A DNA stretch of 64,000 nucleotides, from positions 32,423 to 96,422 of the IMG/VR virus record IMGVR_UViG_3300032240_000412; one strand, given 5' to 3'. Position numbers and translations under genes: made by a program. Shown in pieces: positions 41,423-50,364 of the stretch (position 1 is the stretch's first letter; the number at the start of each line of letters is the position of its first letter). The notes below the pieces were generated by a model. It searched no databases and had not been told where the DNA came from. It saw nothing but the letters and a program-made list of their open reading frames with translations. The DNA is from a virus.

Positions 41423-41643
41423 TGGAAGAGATTATAATTAGATTCAATACCAAGTTTGCAGACACACAGACATATTGGCGTGTGATTGTTAACGGTCAAG
41501 AGCACCTGGCTGAGGATCTAATTATATATGCCAGTCCTGTTTATACAAAAGAAACAATGGAAAATGGTTTTCCTAAGTGGAACATTGCTTGCCGCGGCAG
41601 AGTAGAATGGCAAGATCGTGTGGCTATAATACACAGCTCTTGA
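41422..41643 (+). CDS. Hypothetical protein
   Basis: 73-aa ORF coupled to the upstream gene by a TAATG overlap. Confidence 0.6.
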   Translation: MEEIIIRFNTKFADTQTYWRVIVNGQEHLAEDLIIYASPVYTKETMENGFPKWNIACRGRVEWQDRVAIIHSS

Positions 41644-42763
41644 GTTTGACCTGCAACTCATTCCAACAATATTCCAGAAATGACGGATCTTTAAATCTAT
41701 TGTAGTTGTGTTGTAACACATGATCCATCTTGGCTTGCATGAGCAATAGTTCTCCTTTGTTTAGAGAACATATATATTTCAATTGCTTAACTACTGCTTG
41801 TATACGTAGTACAGGATCTTCTATAGTGTCATAGCTTTCGTCCCAGAAGTTGCTGAATGTTTTAAATCCGTAACTTTGCAGATATTCTAAGTTATGAGCA
41901 CAACCTACCAGCATAAAAGGTTGTTTGAGCAGTATAGGTTTAAAAATCTTTTCAGTTAAGTGTTTCTTTTGTTCCCAGAAGCAGGTTTCTGTTACTACTT
42001 GCAAGAAGCTTTCTTGACATTGTACTATTGGTTCTAGACTAAAACTCTGATTGGGAATTTCGTCAGGAAAGTCTATTCTAAACGAATGTGTACAAGATTC
42101 AATATTGGCCACCGCTTCATCTGCCAACTGCCTTGATACCAAATTGGGTTCTGCGTACAAGTTTGCTCTAAGGTCCGAGTTGTTGATACAGTTCTTGTTG
42201 TAACTTATGTGCCCTTCGTCTAACAAGTTGTTTTTGATTAGCTCGTTTACAAACAGAGTTCTATAGACTCTAGGGCCACTGGTAATTCTATTAAATGTAA
42301 TAAACTTTTTGTTGATAGGGCGTAGGTTAGGTTCTATCTGTTGACTGTTAAACTCGGCGCCTCTAAACCAATCGTGTGCCGCAAATGCATGATGGAAGTA
42401 GTCAATAACAGGCCAGCCATAGCGTTCTTTGAGTGCCTGTACTGGTAGACTATCTTGTTCGGTTGTTACAATAGCATAAGGGCCTAGGAAGTTGTCTCGT
42501 ATGTGATCAAAGAACTTGTAATTAAATTCTCCGTAGATGGGCTCTTGGTCATAAAATATAAAAAGAGTTCCTTCTTTTATTGTGGCCGGGTCAATCAGCT
42601 TGCGATAACATTCTTGGTGCAGTTTATCTAGGTTGTCCGAAATAGTTTCAATGTTTTTTGGTTGAGTTGATCCATAAGGCAGTAGATAAAGTAGACGCCG
42701 ATGTGCTACAATACGTTTCAAGGAGTGAAATATATTTTCGTAATGAAGATGGATATTATACAT
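41624..42763 (-). CDS. Putative GT-B-like glycosyltransferase (GT10/exostosin-like C-terminus)
   Basis: VVTET.....HLTEKIFKPI....PF.LVG.....YLQSYGF resembles the 'ENS..YITEK...P' motif of GT10-like enzymes. It is the only minus-strand gene in 1-45 kb. Confidence 0.5.
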   Translation of the reverse strand: MYNIHLHYENIFHSLKRIVAHRRLLYLLPYGSTQPKNIETISDNLDKLHQECYRKLIDPATIKEGTLFIFYDQEPIYGEFNYKFFDHIRDNFLGPYAIVTTEQDSLPVQALKERYGWPVIDYFHHAFAAHDWFRGAEFNSQQIEPNLRPINKKFITFNRITSGPRVYRTLFVNELIKNNLLDEGHISYNKNCINNSDLRANLYAEPNLVSRQLADEAVANIESCTHSFRIDFPDEIPNQSFSLEPIVQCQESFLQVVTETCFWEQKKHLTEKIFKPILLKQPFMLVGCAHNLEYLQSYGFKTFSNFWDESYDTIEDPVLRIQAVVKQLKYICSLNKGELLLMQAKMDHVLQHNYNRFKDPSFLEYCWNELQVKLKSCVL

Positions 42764-44981
42764 GTTTGATGTTTTTTACTTTGGACCCAAGCCAGGACTG
42801 TTTGCATTTGAACAACATGCTGACAGTATTGAGTCAGCGGCCGAGCAAAGTAGAACTCGACACTTCTGGTATATTTATGGTGGCAATGACTACACTGGTT
42901 TTGATTTTAGTTGTAAGCCGGTACCGTGGGAAGCACACCAAATACATGTATGGCCTAGCCAATGGCAAAAAGACGGCGGGGTGTATCTAGCACCTAAACA
43001 GTTTACAGAAAAGATCTGGAACTTTCATAACAACAGTCCTGTGCGTAGACTGCCCAATCAAGCCAATTGGGTAGTGCCAGCAGAGTTTGATGCTGACTTT
43101 GATTTTAGTTGGCATCCAGACCCACACAGTCCCGCTTACGAATATCATTTCAGTAGCCAGTGGCAACGTAGCAGTGGTATCAAGTATATGTTGCCCAACA
43201 GTCAAGGTATCAAGTTTGTTGACGACTTTAAGATTGCTACCAATAGTTTAGCAGATATCTTTTTTATTGACTATGGTAACGCATTGTCGGACACCAGATT
43301 TGAACAGATAAAGCAACGCTACCCACATGTAAAGAGAACACGCTTTGTGGGCGACACCTACTCGGTGATGAAACGTTGTGCAACCAAGTCACGTGGGCGC
43401 TTTTGGTTCATCAGCAGTCGCATAGACTACACAGACTTTGATTTTGATTGGCATAGCGAAAGTTGGCAAACACAAATGATTCATGTGTTTGGCAGTCGCT
43501 GGCAAAAGTGGACAGATACATTCTTAGTCAGTGTGCCCACATTCCTACATCATGCCACATGGTGCACGGATCTCAAAGACTTTCCAGACTTGAATTATGT
43601 CACAGATCAAACTGTTTCTGTTGACCAAACAGAAATATATCTAATAGATCATTTATGTGGTCTAGATGCTGTTGACGAGATACGTCAGCAAGTTCCTACT
43701 GTAAAGGTAACTCGTTTTGTAGAAAGCTACCTTGAAACTTTTAAAAGAATTTTGAATACTGTTGAAACAGATTATATCTGGATTATCAGTAGTGTATGCG
43801 AATACAAAGATTTTGACTTTAGTTGGCATCCGGAGCCATGGCAACGAGAAATGATACATGTATTTCCTAACTATACCAACAAGTACGGTGATACGTTTTA
43901 CATACATGTAGAATCTTTTAAAAAGCAAATGTACGATTTAGAGTTGCTTGATTGGTTTAACGTCATTAACTATTGTACCGACCAATATGTAACACGTAGA
44001 CCTATGCCAGTGCATTACTACAATTCAGACGATTTAATAACCGAGATCAAGAACTATCAATTTACTGCACCATATGCAATCTTTACCAATCAATCAGATT
44101 GTAATTTACGTTGTTACCCAACACTATGGTCGCCCAAGGATCGTACAGTTTCGCGATTTAGCAGGTCAGGTGCTACTACGCTAGTACCTCGTGAAATCAA
44201 GGCACATTTGAACCAACAAATATACGATTATCCCTATCTTGAGACCTCGAAAACACAGATTCATGACTGTTATTTGCACAAAAATTTTCCAATACTTGAC
44301 ATCATTTACATAAGCAATGGAGAACCAGATGAGGAACGCTGGTACAATCATTTGTGCCAAATGAGCAACAGTAGTCCACAGAATATTCCTTGGGTACGTG
44401 GCATAAACGGACGTACCGCGGCATACCAAGAAGCCGCACGACGCAGTGAAACTCCATGGTTCTTTGCAGTGTTTGCCAAATTGGAAGTTGTTGATTTTGA
44501 TTGGCGTTGGATGCCAGATTATTGGCAAGGCCCTAAACACTACATCTTTAATAGTCGTAATCCTGTTAACGGATTGGAATACGGGCACCAAGGTATGATT
44601 GCTTACAATAAACAATTGGTATTGGAAAACAACACTCCCGGAATTGACTTTACACTGAGTCAACCACACGAAGCAGTGCCTATCTTAAGTGGCATCGCTC
44701 ACTTTAATCAAAGTGCTTGGATGACCTGGCGTACTGCTTTCCGCGAAGTAGTTAAGCTAAAACACTTTATGGCTACACAGCCCACACTAGAAACCAGTCA
44801 TAGACTAGCAACTTGGTGTGAAGTTGCTGAAGGTGAATTTGCAGAATATTGTTTGGCCGGAGCCCGTGATGCGGTATTGTACTACAATCAAGTTGGGGGA
44901 GATTACGAAAAGCTAAAACTCAGCTTTGATTGGGCTTGGCTAAAAGAATATTATGATAATAAATATTCTTATGAACCCTGA
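42762..44981 (+). CDS. Multi-repeat GT-A-like protein (degenerate glycosyltransferase repeats)
   Basis: Four copies of (D)FDF(S/D)(W/C)..(E)PW..H(V)(F/W)....W; the C-terminal unit is paralogous to 27969-28865. Confidence 0.6.
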   Translation: MFDVFYFGPKPGLFAFEQHADSIESAAEQSRTRHFWYIYGGNDYTGFDFSCKPVPWEAHQIHVWPSQWQKDGGVYLAPKQFTEKIWNFHNNSPVRRLPNQANWVVPAEFDADFDFSWHPDPHSPAYEYHFSSQWQRSSGIKYMLPNSQGIKFVDDFKIATNSLADIFFIDYGNALSDTRFEQIKQRYPHVKRTRFVGDTYSVMKRCATKSRGRFWFISSRIDYTDFDFDWHSESWQTQMIHVFGSRWQKWTDTFLVSVPTFLHHATWCTDLKDFPDLNYVTDQTVSVDQTEIYLIDHLCGLDAVDEIRQQVPTVKVTRFVESYLETFKRILNTVETDYIWIISSVCEYKDFDFSWHPEPWQREMIHVFPNYTNKYGDTFYIHVESFKKQMYDLELLDWFNVINYCTDQYVTRRPMPVHYYNSDDLITEIKNYQFTAPYAIFTNQSDCNLRCYPTLWSPKDRTVSRFSRSGATTLVPREIKAHLNQQIYDYPYLETSKTQIHDCYLHKNFPILDIIYISNGEPDEERWYNHLCQMSNSSPQNIPWVRGINGRTAAYQEAARRSETPWFFAVFAKLEVVDFDWRWMPDYWQGPKHYIFNSRNPVNGLEYGHQGMIAYNKQLVLENNTPGIDFTLSQPHEAVPILSGIAHFNQSAWMTWRTAFREVVKLKHFMATQPTLETSHRLATWCEVAEGEFAEYCLAGARDAVLYYNQVGGDYEKLKLSFDWAWLKEYYDNKYSYEP
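44960..44965 (+). promoter_or_regulatory. Late promoter box TAAATA ahead of a small ORF
   Basis: ATAAATA ends 5 nt before the ATG at 44971. Confidence 0.45.
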
Positions 44982-45048
44982 TCAATACCCAGTATATCCT
45001 GAGGATGATGGTTACGATAGATTTCGTAACCCTTACAGTCCTGTTTAA
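44971..45048 (+). CDS. 25-aa peptide MNPDQYPVYPEDDGYDRFRNPYSPV (not in the ORF track)
   Basis: It exactly fills the convergence gap, is preceded by TAAATA, and its TAA shares the TTAA palindrome with the stop of the convergent DegT gene. Confidence 0.55.
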   Translation: MNPDQYPVYPEDDGYDRFRNPYSPV

Positions 45049-46169
45049 TAGTTTAAAGAGCCATTGCGGCAAAATCCTTGTACTGCACTGGCAATACGTT
45101 CTACTTCTTCGTCTGACAATTCGGGATATATTGGTAAACTAAGCGCAGTACGACTGAGAGTCTCTGAATTACTTACATCGGTTAGTTTAGGAGTATGATG
45201 ATTTCCTGCCACTGGATAATCGTACAACGGATGTTCGTAGTGTATTTTTGTTTCTATGCCAGATGCTTCTAACCATTGTTGGCAGTGATTACGATCATCA
45301 AGTTTGATAACATACTTGTGCCAGGCATGTTCTACATCTTTATCTACCCACGGAGTAGTAGCAAAGTCAGACAGTTCAGTTGTGTAGTATTTGGCTATTT
45401 CAGTTCTACGTCTTTGCCATGCATCAAAATGATCTAGCTTTACTAGCATTTGAGCACAGTCGCTTTCGCTCATTTTACTGTTGGTACCAGTTTCATAATG
45501 ATCCAATGCTTTACCGTTGTTGCGTAAACTGAGCAATCTTGTATATACATCAAAGTCATCAGTTAGTATCATACCGCCTGACCCATAGTTGGGCAAGTTC
45601 TTTGTAGGATCAAAACTCAGCAAACTGATGTCACCAAAACTGCCACTAGGGCGACCTTTATACCGTGCGCCAAAACTCTGTGCCGCATCTTCAATTACGC
45701 AAAGGCCAGAATTCCAAAAATCCACAACAAGAGAAAATCTATCGTAGTTGATCATGTTACCGTACAAGTTAACATACATGACAGCATCAACCATGTCATC
45801 AAGTTTACCGTAGACTGTTTCTACATCTAGAATATTGTTGTCGGGATTGATGTCGCAGAATATAGGATTGTTGCCAGAGCGCAATACACTATTCAACGTG
45901 GCAATAAAGCTCTGTCCAGGAATCAAGATATTGCTTTGCGTTAGTTCCAATGCTTCTAAAGCAAATATCAATCCCTGTGTGCAACTATTAACAGCAACAG
46001 CATATTTGCGTTGACACCGATGTGCAATTTGACGTTCAAATTCGCGAGTGTACTCGCCATCTAACACCTGTCCACTTTGATAGACAGTGTCAGCGGCGTT
46101 GAGAAGTTCTTCTCTGAGATCGTTATACTGTCTTGGTAGACCAGTAAACGGAATTTTTAAGCCACTCAT
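45045..46169 (-). CDS. DegT/DnrJ/EryC1/StrS PLP-dependent sugar aminotransferase
   Basis: VNSCTQGL, VIEDAAQSFGA, SFDPTKNL (PLP lysine), RNNG, GTNSKM, LSLPIYP. Confidence 0.95.
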   Translation of the reverse strand: MSGLKIPFTGLPRQYNDLREELLNAADTVYQSGQVLDGEYTREFERQIAHRCQRKYAVAVNSCTQGLIFALEALELTQSNILIPGQSFIATLNSVLRSGNNPIFCDINPDNNILDVETVYGKLDDMVDAVMYVNLYGNMINYDRFSLVVDFWNSGLCVIEDAAQSFGARYKGRPSGSFGDISLLSFDPTKNLPNYGSGGMILTDDFDVYTRLLSLRNNGKALDHYETGTNSKMSESDCAQMLVKLDHFDAWQRRRTEIAKYYTTELSDFATTPWVDKDVEHAWHKYVIKLDDRNHCQQWLEASGIETKIHYEHPLYDYPVAGNHHTPKLTDVSNSETLSRTALSLPIYPELSDEEVERIASAVQGFCRNGSLNY

Positions 46170-47094
46170 AATAAATTTGGAATCCTTCTTCTACATCAAC
46201 TTTAGGGTCATACCCAAAATCTCTACGTGCCGCATCAATGTTCAATGCACCACGACTAGGGAAGTCTTTGTCTTTGTCTTTGACTACCAATGTTCCGCCA
46301 CCTGCCAGCTTCAGCGCCAGTTGTGCGGCTTCTAACAATGTACGACTATGGCTCTTGGTAATATTGTATGTTTTGTTTTTGGTATTGTCGCTTAATGCGG
46401 CGGCAACAATGCCATCTGCGGCATCATCTACATAAGTAAAGTCTAATGTTTCGTCTGCACCATTAACATTCAATGTGCCGCCCCGCATTGCTGTTAACAT
46501 AAACTTGGCAATCACACGATCCTCAACATCAAGTGGTCCATATACAGCACTGGGTCGAATGATGGTGTGAACAAGTTTGGACTTGCGTGAATAATCTTTA
46601 ACTAACCATTCGCCGGCCAGTTTCATAATACCATATTGTCCTTGTGGTTTGCAAACAGCATCTTCAGTTACATCGTCAGTGAAGTCACCGTACACCATCG
46701 AACTACTGATATAGATAAACTTCTTAACATCATACTTGTTGCTAGCTTCTAGTAAATTGAGCAATCCTTCGCTCATAACACGACTTCCCCAGGCAGGATC
46801 TGCGTTAACTACTTTTTGCCTTGGGAAGCTGGCCATATGTATAACAATCTCGGGCTGTTCTACATTGAACACATAATCAACTGATTTACTATCACTGATA
46901 TCACGTTCATGAACATAACTATCTACTGCAATTTTCTTCCTACGTTCGGTCATTAGGTAATCAACTTCTGCTTGAGGAATGATTCCGTAGTTTGTTTTAA
47001 TATCCATAATAGATACTAGATGGCCCTGATCTTGCAATCTCTTAACTATGTTGTGACCAATTAAACCTAGGCCACCTGTTACTAAAATTCTCAT
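46123..47094 (-). CDS. NAD-dependent NDP-sugar epimerase/dehydratase (extended SDR)
   Basis: ILVTGGLGLIG, SSSMVYG, YGIMK (YxxxK), RPSAVYGP, DFTYVDD. Confidence 0.95.
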   Translation of the reverse strand: MRILVTGGLGLIGHNIVKRLQDQGHLVSIMDIKTNYGIIPQAEVDYLMTERRKKIAVDSYVHERDISDSKSVDYVFNVEQPEIVIHMASFPRQKVVNADPAWGSRVMSEGLLNLLEASNKYDVKKFIYISSSMVYGDFTDDVTEDAVCKPQGQYGIMKLAGEWLVKDYSRKSKLVHTIIRPSAVYGPLDVEDRVIAKFMLTAMRGGTLNVNGADETLDFTYVDDAADGIVAAALSDNTKNKTYNITKSHSRTLLEAAQLALKLAGGGTLVVKDKDKDFPSRGALNIDAARRDFGYDPKVDVEEGFQIYYEWLKNSVYWSTKTV

Positions 47095-47333
47095 TTAAAA
47101 TCACTCCACTTTAATTTAAAATATGTTAGATCTGATCCTTCAAGTTTACCGTAGACGTCAACTCTATACCCATACGTTAGAGGGTCAGATGTTATACGAA
47201 AACTAGGGGTCTCTATGGCATGCTCCATTACCCACTTGCCGGCTTCGGTTTGTTGCCATTCCCATATGGGATGTGCCGCATAGATTTCAGGATCTTCGCA
47301 GTCTCCTAGTAGGAAAGATTTAAAAACAATCAT
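47091..47333 (-). CDS. Hypothetical protein
   Basis: 80-aa ORF with 4-nt overlaps on both sides; GDCEDPEIYAAHP...YFKLKW. Confidence 0.65.
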   Translation of the reverse strand: MIVFKSFLLGDCEDPEIYAAHPIWEWQQTEAGKWVMEHAIETPSFRITSDPLTYGYRVDVYGKLEGSDLTYFKLKWSDFK

Positions 47334-48241
47334 ACCGCCATTTCGGCTTGAATAGGATCGTGATGTGTATAGTCGTCAAGCCTAATGTCAGACATAGTAA
47401 ACTTGTCAATTTCTGTAACATCAGGATTAAGCCAAAGAGTTGCGGCAGGTAATGGTTCACGAGTTAATTGTTCTTTTACCTGTTCAACATGATTTAGGTA
47501 GATGTGTGCATCGCCGAGTACATGAACAAACTCACCAACCGCTAGGCCGCACACTTGAGCTATCATCGCCGTTAGAAGGGAGTAGCTTGCGATATTAAAT
47601 GGGACTCCTAAAAACATGTCACAACTTCTTTGATACATCTGACAACTTAGTCGGCCATCTGCAACATAAAACTGGGCCAAGGTATGACACGGTGGGAGAG
47701 CCATGGCATCTAATTCGCCAGGGTTCCATGCTGATAATATATGACGTCGTCCGTGTGGGTCCTTTTTAATGCCCGCAATTAAATCTTTTAATTGATCTGT
47801 TTCTTTGAAATGAACATAGCCATCGCGTTGGTACCAACTACCGCAGTCGTCTTTGTATGTTTCTGCTTTGTGTTCTACAGGAGTGCGCCACTTGCGCCAC
47901 TGTACGCCGTAGACACGACCAAGGTCACCTTTGAACTTAGCTTTCGGCGCCCAGTAAGGTGCTGTGGCATTGGCAGTCCAAATGGTACTCTTTTCAGAGT
48001 CCCTACTACCATATAATATCTCTCGTAGGCGCTTTTCATCACCTGAACCTTCAATGAACCATAGCAGTTCTGAGACTACGCTTTTCCAGGCCAGCTTCTT
48101 TGTAGTTACAGCAGGAAACCCATCTGCTAAGTTATATCTTTGTTGCATACCAAACAAGCTGATAGTGCCTGTGCCTGTTCGGTCATCTCGTGTGGTGCCT
48201 TGTTCAAGGACTTGTTGGAGGGCGTTTAAATATGGCTTCAT
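47330..48241 (-). CDS. thyA: Thymidylate synthase
   Basis: DRTGTGT, TTKKLAW, ELLWF, LGRVYGVQWR, MALPPCH, YQRSCDMFLGVPFNIASY, GDAHIY. Confidence 0.97.
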   Translation of the reverse strand: MKPYLNALQQVLEQGTTRDDRTGTGTISLFGMQQRYNLADGFPAVTTKKLAWKSVVSELLWFIEGSGDEKRLREILYGSRDSEKSTIWTANATAPYWAPKAKFKGDLGRVYGVQWRKWRTPVEHKAETYKDDCGSWYQRDGYVHFKETDQLKDLIAGIKKDPHGRRHILSAWNPGELDAMALPPCHTLAQFYVADGRLSCQMYQRSCDMFLGVPFNIASYSLLTAMIAQVCGLAVGEFVHVLGDAHIYLNHVEQVKEQLTREPLPAATLWLNPDVTEIDKFTMSDIRLDDYTHHDPIQAEMAV

Positions 48242-48719
48242 ATCTTACAAATGTACATGATTTGCCTGAGCTAGCATATCGTTCAGTAAATCCGCTCAGG
48301 AAGTTTTTTAAATGGATTCTAGTATCTATTCTATAGTTTCCACGTAGATAAGTCAAATAGACTTTATCCAAAATTCCTTTGCAGTCTTCAAGTATTTGTT
48401 TGCCACCTATTACAAACACATCTTGTCCTGGATTTGCATCGTGTAGTTTAACTATCTGATCCACATAGTCACCTCCGCCAATTACTTGAGTCTGGTAATA
48501 ATTACCTCCTAGCGGTGAATTGCTAACTACATAATTTTTTCTGCCAAATAGTGGTTTGGGCATTTTTGGATCGTCCCAGGTACGTCGACCCATGACTACA
48601 ATATGCCCAGAAGTCATGCGCTGAAATTGCGCCATGTCCTCTGAATTATGTGGCCAGGGTAGGGTACCTTCGAATCCTAAACCACCGTTTAAGTCGGTGG
48701 CGAATATAGCATTAATCAT
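48204..48719 (-). CDS. folA: Dihydrofolate reductase
   Basis: GLGFEGTLPWP..SEDMAQF, VVMGRRTW, PL.GRKNYVVS, VFVIGG. Confidence 0.93.
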   Translation of the reverse strand: MINAIFATDLNGGLGFEGTLPWPHNSEDMAQFQRMTSGHIVVMGRRTWDDPKMPKPLFGRKNYVVSNSPLGGNYYQTQVIGGGDYVDQIVKLHDANPGQDVFVIGGKQILEDCKGILDKVYLTYLRGNYRIDTRIHLKNFLSGFTERYASSGKSCTFVRYEAIFKRPPTSP

Positions 48720-49057
48720 AAGTTTTTTAATAATGCATCAGTGATGGGCTGTACAGTACTAGCTACTTGTTCAATGTTGATATAAAAATCAACATCTTCG
48801 ATATAATTGTCAAGGTTGTCTAATTTTTCAGTTAACTCTTTTTGCAAGTCACCTGGATCATATCCCTCGGCTAGTAACTGCTTAATGTTCACTTCAACTT
48901 TAGTACTGTCTTTGAGGTTAACTACTACACAATCAAGTACAGTAATTGGAACATCATTTTTTTCAACAGTCTTTAGAATTTTTTCCCATTGAGCCCTAAC
49001 ACTAACATTAAGCCGCTTGCTTCTTCGCGGCGGTCTTTTTGGTTTTTGTTGTGACAT
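48716..49057 (-). CDS. Hypothetical protein
   Basis: ORF with a basic N-terminus; ATG 49057 is preferred; 4-nt overlap with DHFR. Confidence 0.6.
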   Translation of the reverse strand: MSQQKPKRPPRRSKRLNVSVRAQWEKILKTVEKNDVPITVLDCVVVNLKDSTKVEVNIKQLLAEGYDPGDLQKELTEKLDNLDNYIEDVDFYINIEQVASTVQPITDALLKNL

Positions 49058-49703
49058 TTTTCTTAGAGCCCGCATCTAATGTTTGTGCCTCGTCTTCAAG
49101 ACGTTTAGCTTCTGCTAACAGTTGTTCGGCTTGTTGTTTAAAAGTTTTTGCTTGTGCCAGTCTAGAGATAGCAATATCAGAATCTGTCAGGATAGTGTTT
49201 GCCACATATTCTTCAGCACTGGTGTTGCCTTGAACTCCGGCATTTGCTCTACTGTTATTAGGAGCACCAACTTCACGAGCCTCGGGTAAACGAGTTTTCT
49301 TCTTGTTCATGCCACGACTGCTGTCCATATCGGCCAAACGTCGAACAGCTTCCTCGCCTTGTTCCATTTGCTTTAAAATGTCGTTTAGTTCGTCTAACCG
49401 CACACTTGAACCTTGCTTGGGTGTTACCAAGACTTGGTTGGCTGGAACTTTTTTAATGAATCCGTTAACATGCAAACTGTGCAATGCATTATTTCCGTCG
49501 GCCATTGTTTGTCTAAACAAAGCGTCGGAAAACTCTTTGGCATTCTGTCCAATTGGACTTTCTAGGCAGTGCATGAGCTCGTCATGAATCATTCTAGGCA
49601 ATGTCTCGGTATAGGTTACCAAACACATGTGCTCGTCATCAGGAACAGTACGGTAAAGAATAACTACTTTTTTGTTGTTGTGTCGTCCAACGTGTTTAAT
49701 CAT
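49008..49703 (-). CDS. Hypothetical protein (C-terminal coiled coil and basic tail)
   Basis: 231 aa with a good RBS (AAGGAG). Confidence 0.7.
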   Translation of the reverse strand: MIKHVGRHNNKKVVILYRTVPDDEHMCLVTYTETLPRMIHDELMHCLESPIGQNAKEFSDALFRQTMADGNNALHSLHVNGFIKKVPANQVLVTPKQGSSVRLDELNDILKQMEQGEEAVRRLADMDSSRGMNKKKTRLPEAREVGAPNNSRANAGVQGNTSAEEYVANTILTDSDIAISRLAQAKTFKQQAEQLLAEAKRLEDEAQTLDAGSKKNVTTKTKKTAAKKQAA

Positions 49704-49718
49704 TTTTTTTCTCCTTGA

Positions 49719-49988
49719 TTAACCTTGCTGATCAGCTTCTGAGCTGTCTGCAGGTTCTTGTGTTTGCGGTACTGGCGCAATGGCACCCGTGGTCTTTAAG
49801 AACGCAATTAAACGATCATAGAGGCCGCCAATTTGCGACATTTCTTCTGCTTTGAAAGCACCGCGTGATGCAGATAATTGTACAGCGTGTACTAGACCCA
49901 CTAGGTCTTGTAACTGTAGGTTACCAGCCGCTGGCGCTTGAGCTGGTACTGTAGTTTCTGCTGTATTTTCGGTATTAGTAATAGACAT
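49719..49988 (-). CDS. Hypothetical protein, probably late-expressed
   Basis: 89 aa (ASRGAFKAEEM..IG..YD); GGAG RBS and a TAAATA box at 50015-50020 (-). Confidence 0.7.
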   Translation of the reverse strand: MSITNTENTAETTVPAQAPAAGNLQLQDLVGLVHAVQLSASRGAFKAEEMSQIGGLYDRLIAFLKTTGAIAPVPQTQEPADSSEADQQG

Positions 49989-50014
49989 TTAATTCTCCGT
50001 TAAAATGTACAAAG

Positions 50015-50020
50015 TATTTA
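50015..50020 (-). promoter_or_regulatory. Late promoter box TAAATA
   Basis: GTAAATA on the minus strand in the intergenic gap before 49988. Confidence 0.5.
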
Positions 50021-50067
50021 CTCGAGTTAACTACCCAGTAAATATTTTTTTAACAGAGAAATCGAAA

Positions 50068-50364
50068 CTACCAAGAAGCTTCGCTCTTGTTGATTTCTTG
50101 AAGCTGTAGTGTAAAGTAGCTGGCTTCGTGTGCTGTTTCAAAAGCCACACACTTGCTCATTTCGTTTTTATTTGTGGTTGGATTTTTATGATACCAGTCA
50201 CCGTAGTAAAAACGACCTTCTAGGTTTTCAAAGATCCAATCGGATACGTTTTTCTCTTGTGTACGTAAATCAAAAACCACAGTCGTGAAATGCGGAGGGC
50301 AAAACTCCAGCCTCCGCAGTCCATGCACATTAAGTGGATTAACAATTTTGTGATGTAAACTCAT
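50068..50364 (-). CDS. Hypothetical protein
   Basis: 98-aa ORF with a 4-nt overlap. Confidence 0.65.
   Translation of the reverse strand: MSLHHKIVNPLNVHGLRRLEFCPPHFTTVVFDLRTQEKNVSDWIFENLEGRFYYGDWYHKNPTTNKNEMSKCVAFETAHEASYFTLQLQEINKSEASW

Noticed and set aside
47330-48241. thyA as a dCMP hydroxymethylase or other DNA-modifying TS homolog
   Set aside because: It keeps the dUMP-specifying Asn (GVPFNIASY) and all canonical ThyA motifs, and sits beside DHFR. The ~20-aa insert after QWR lies in a loop that is commonly variable. No intron was seen.
48660-48680. TTCGAATCC resembling a tRNA T-loop
   Set aside because: It lies inside the DHFR coding sequence and has no cloverleaf.
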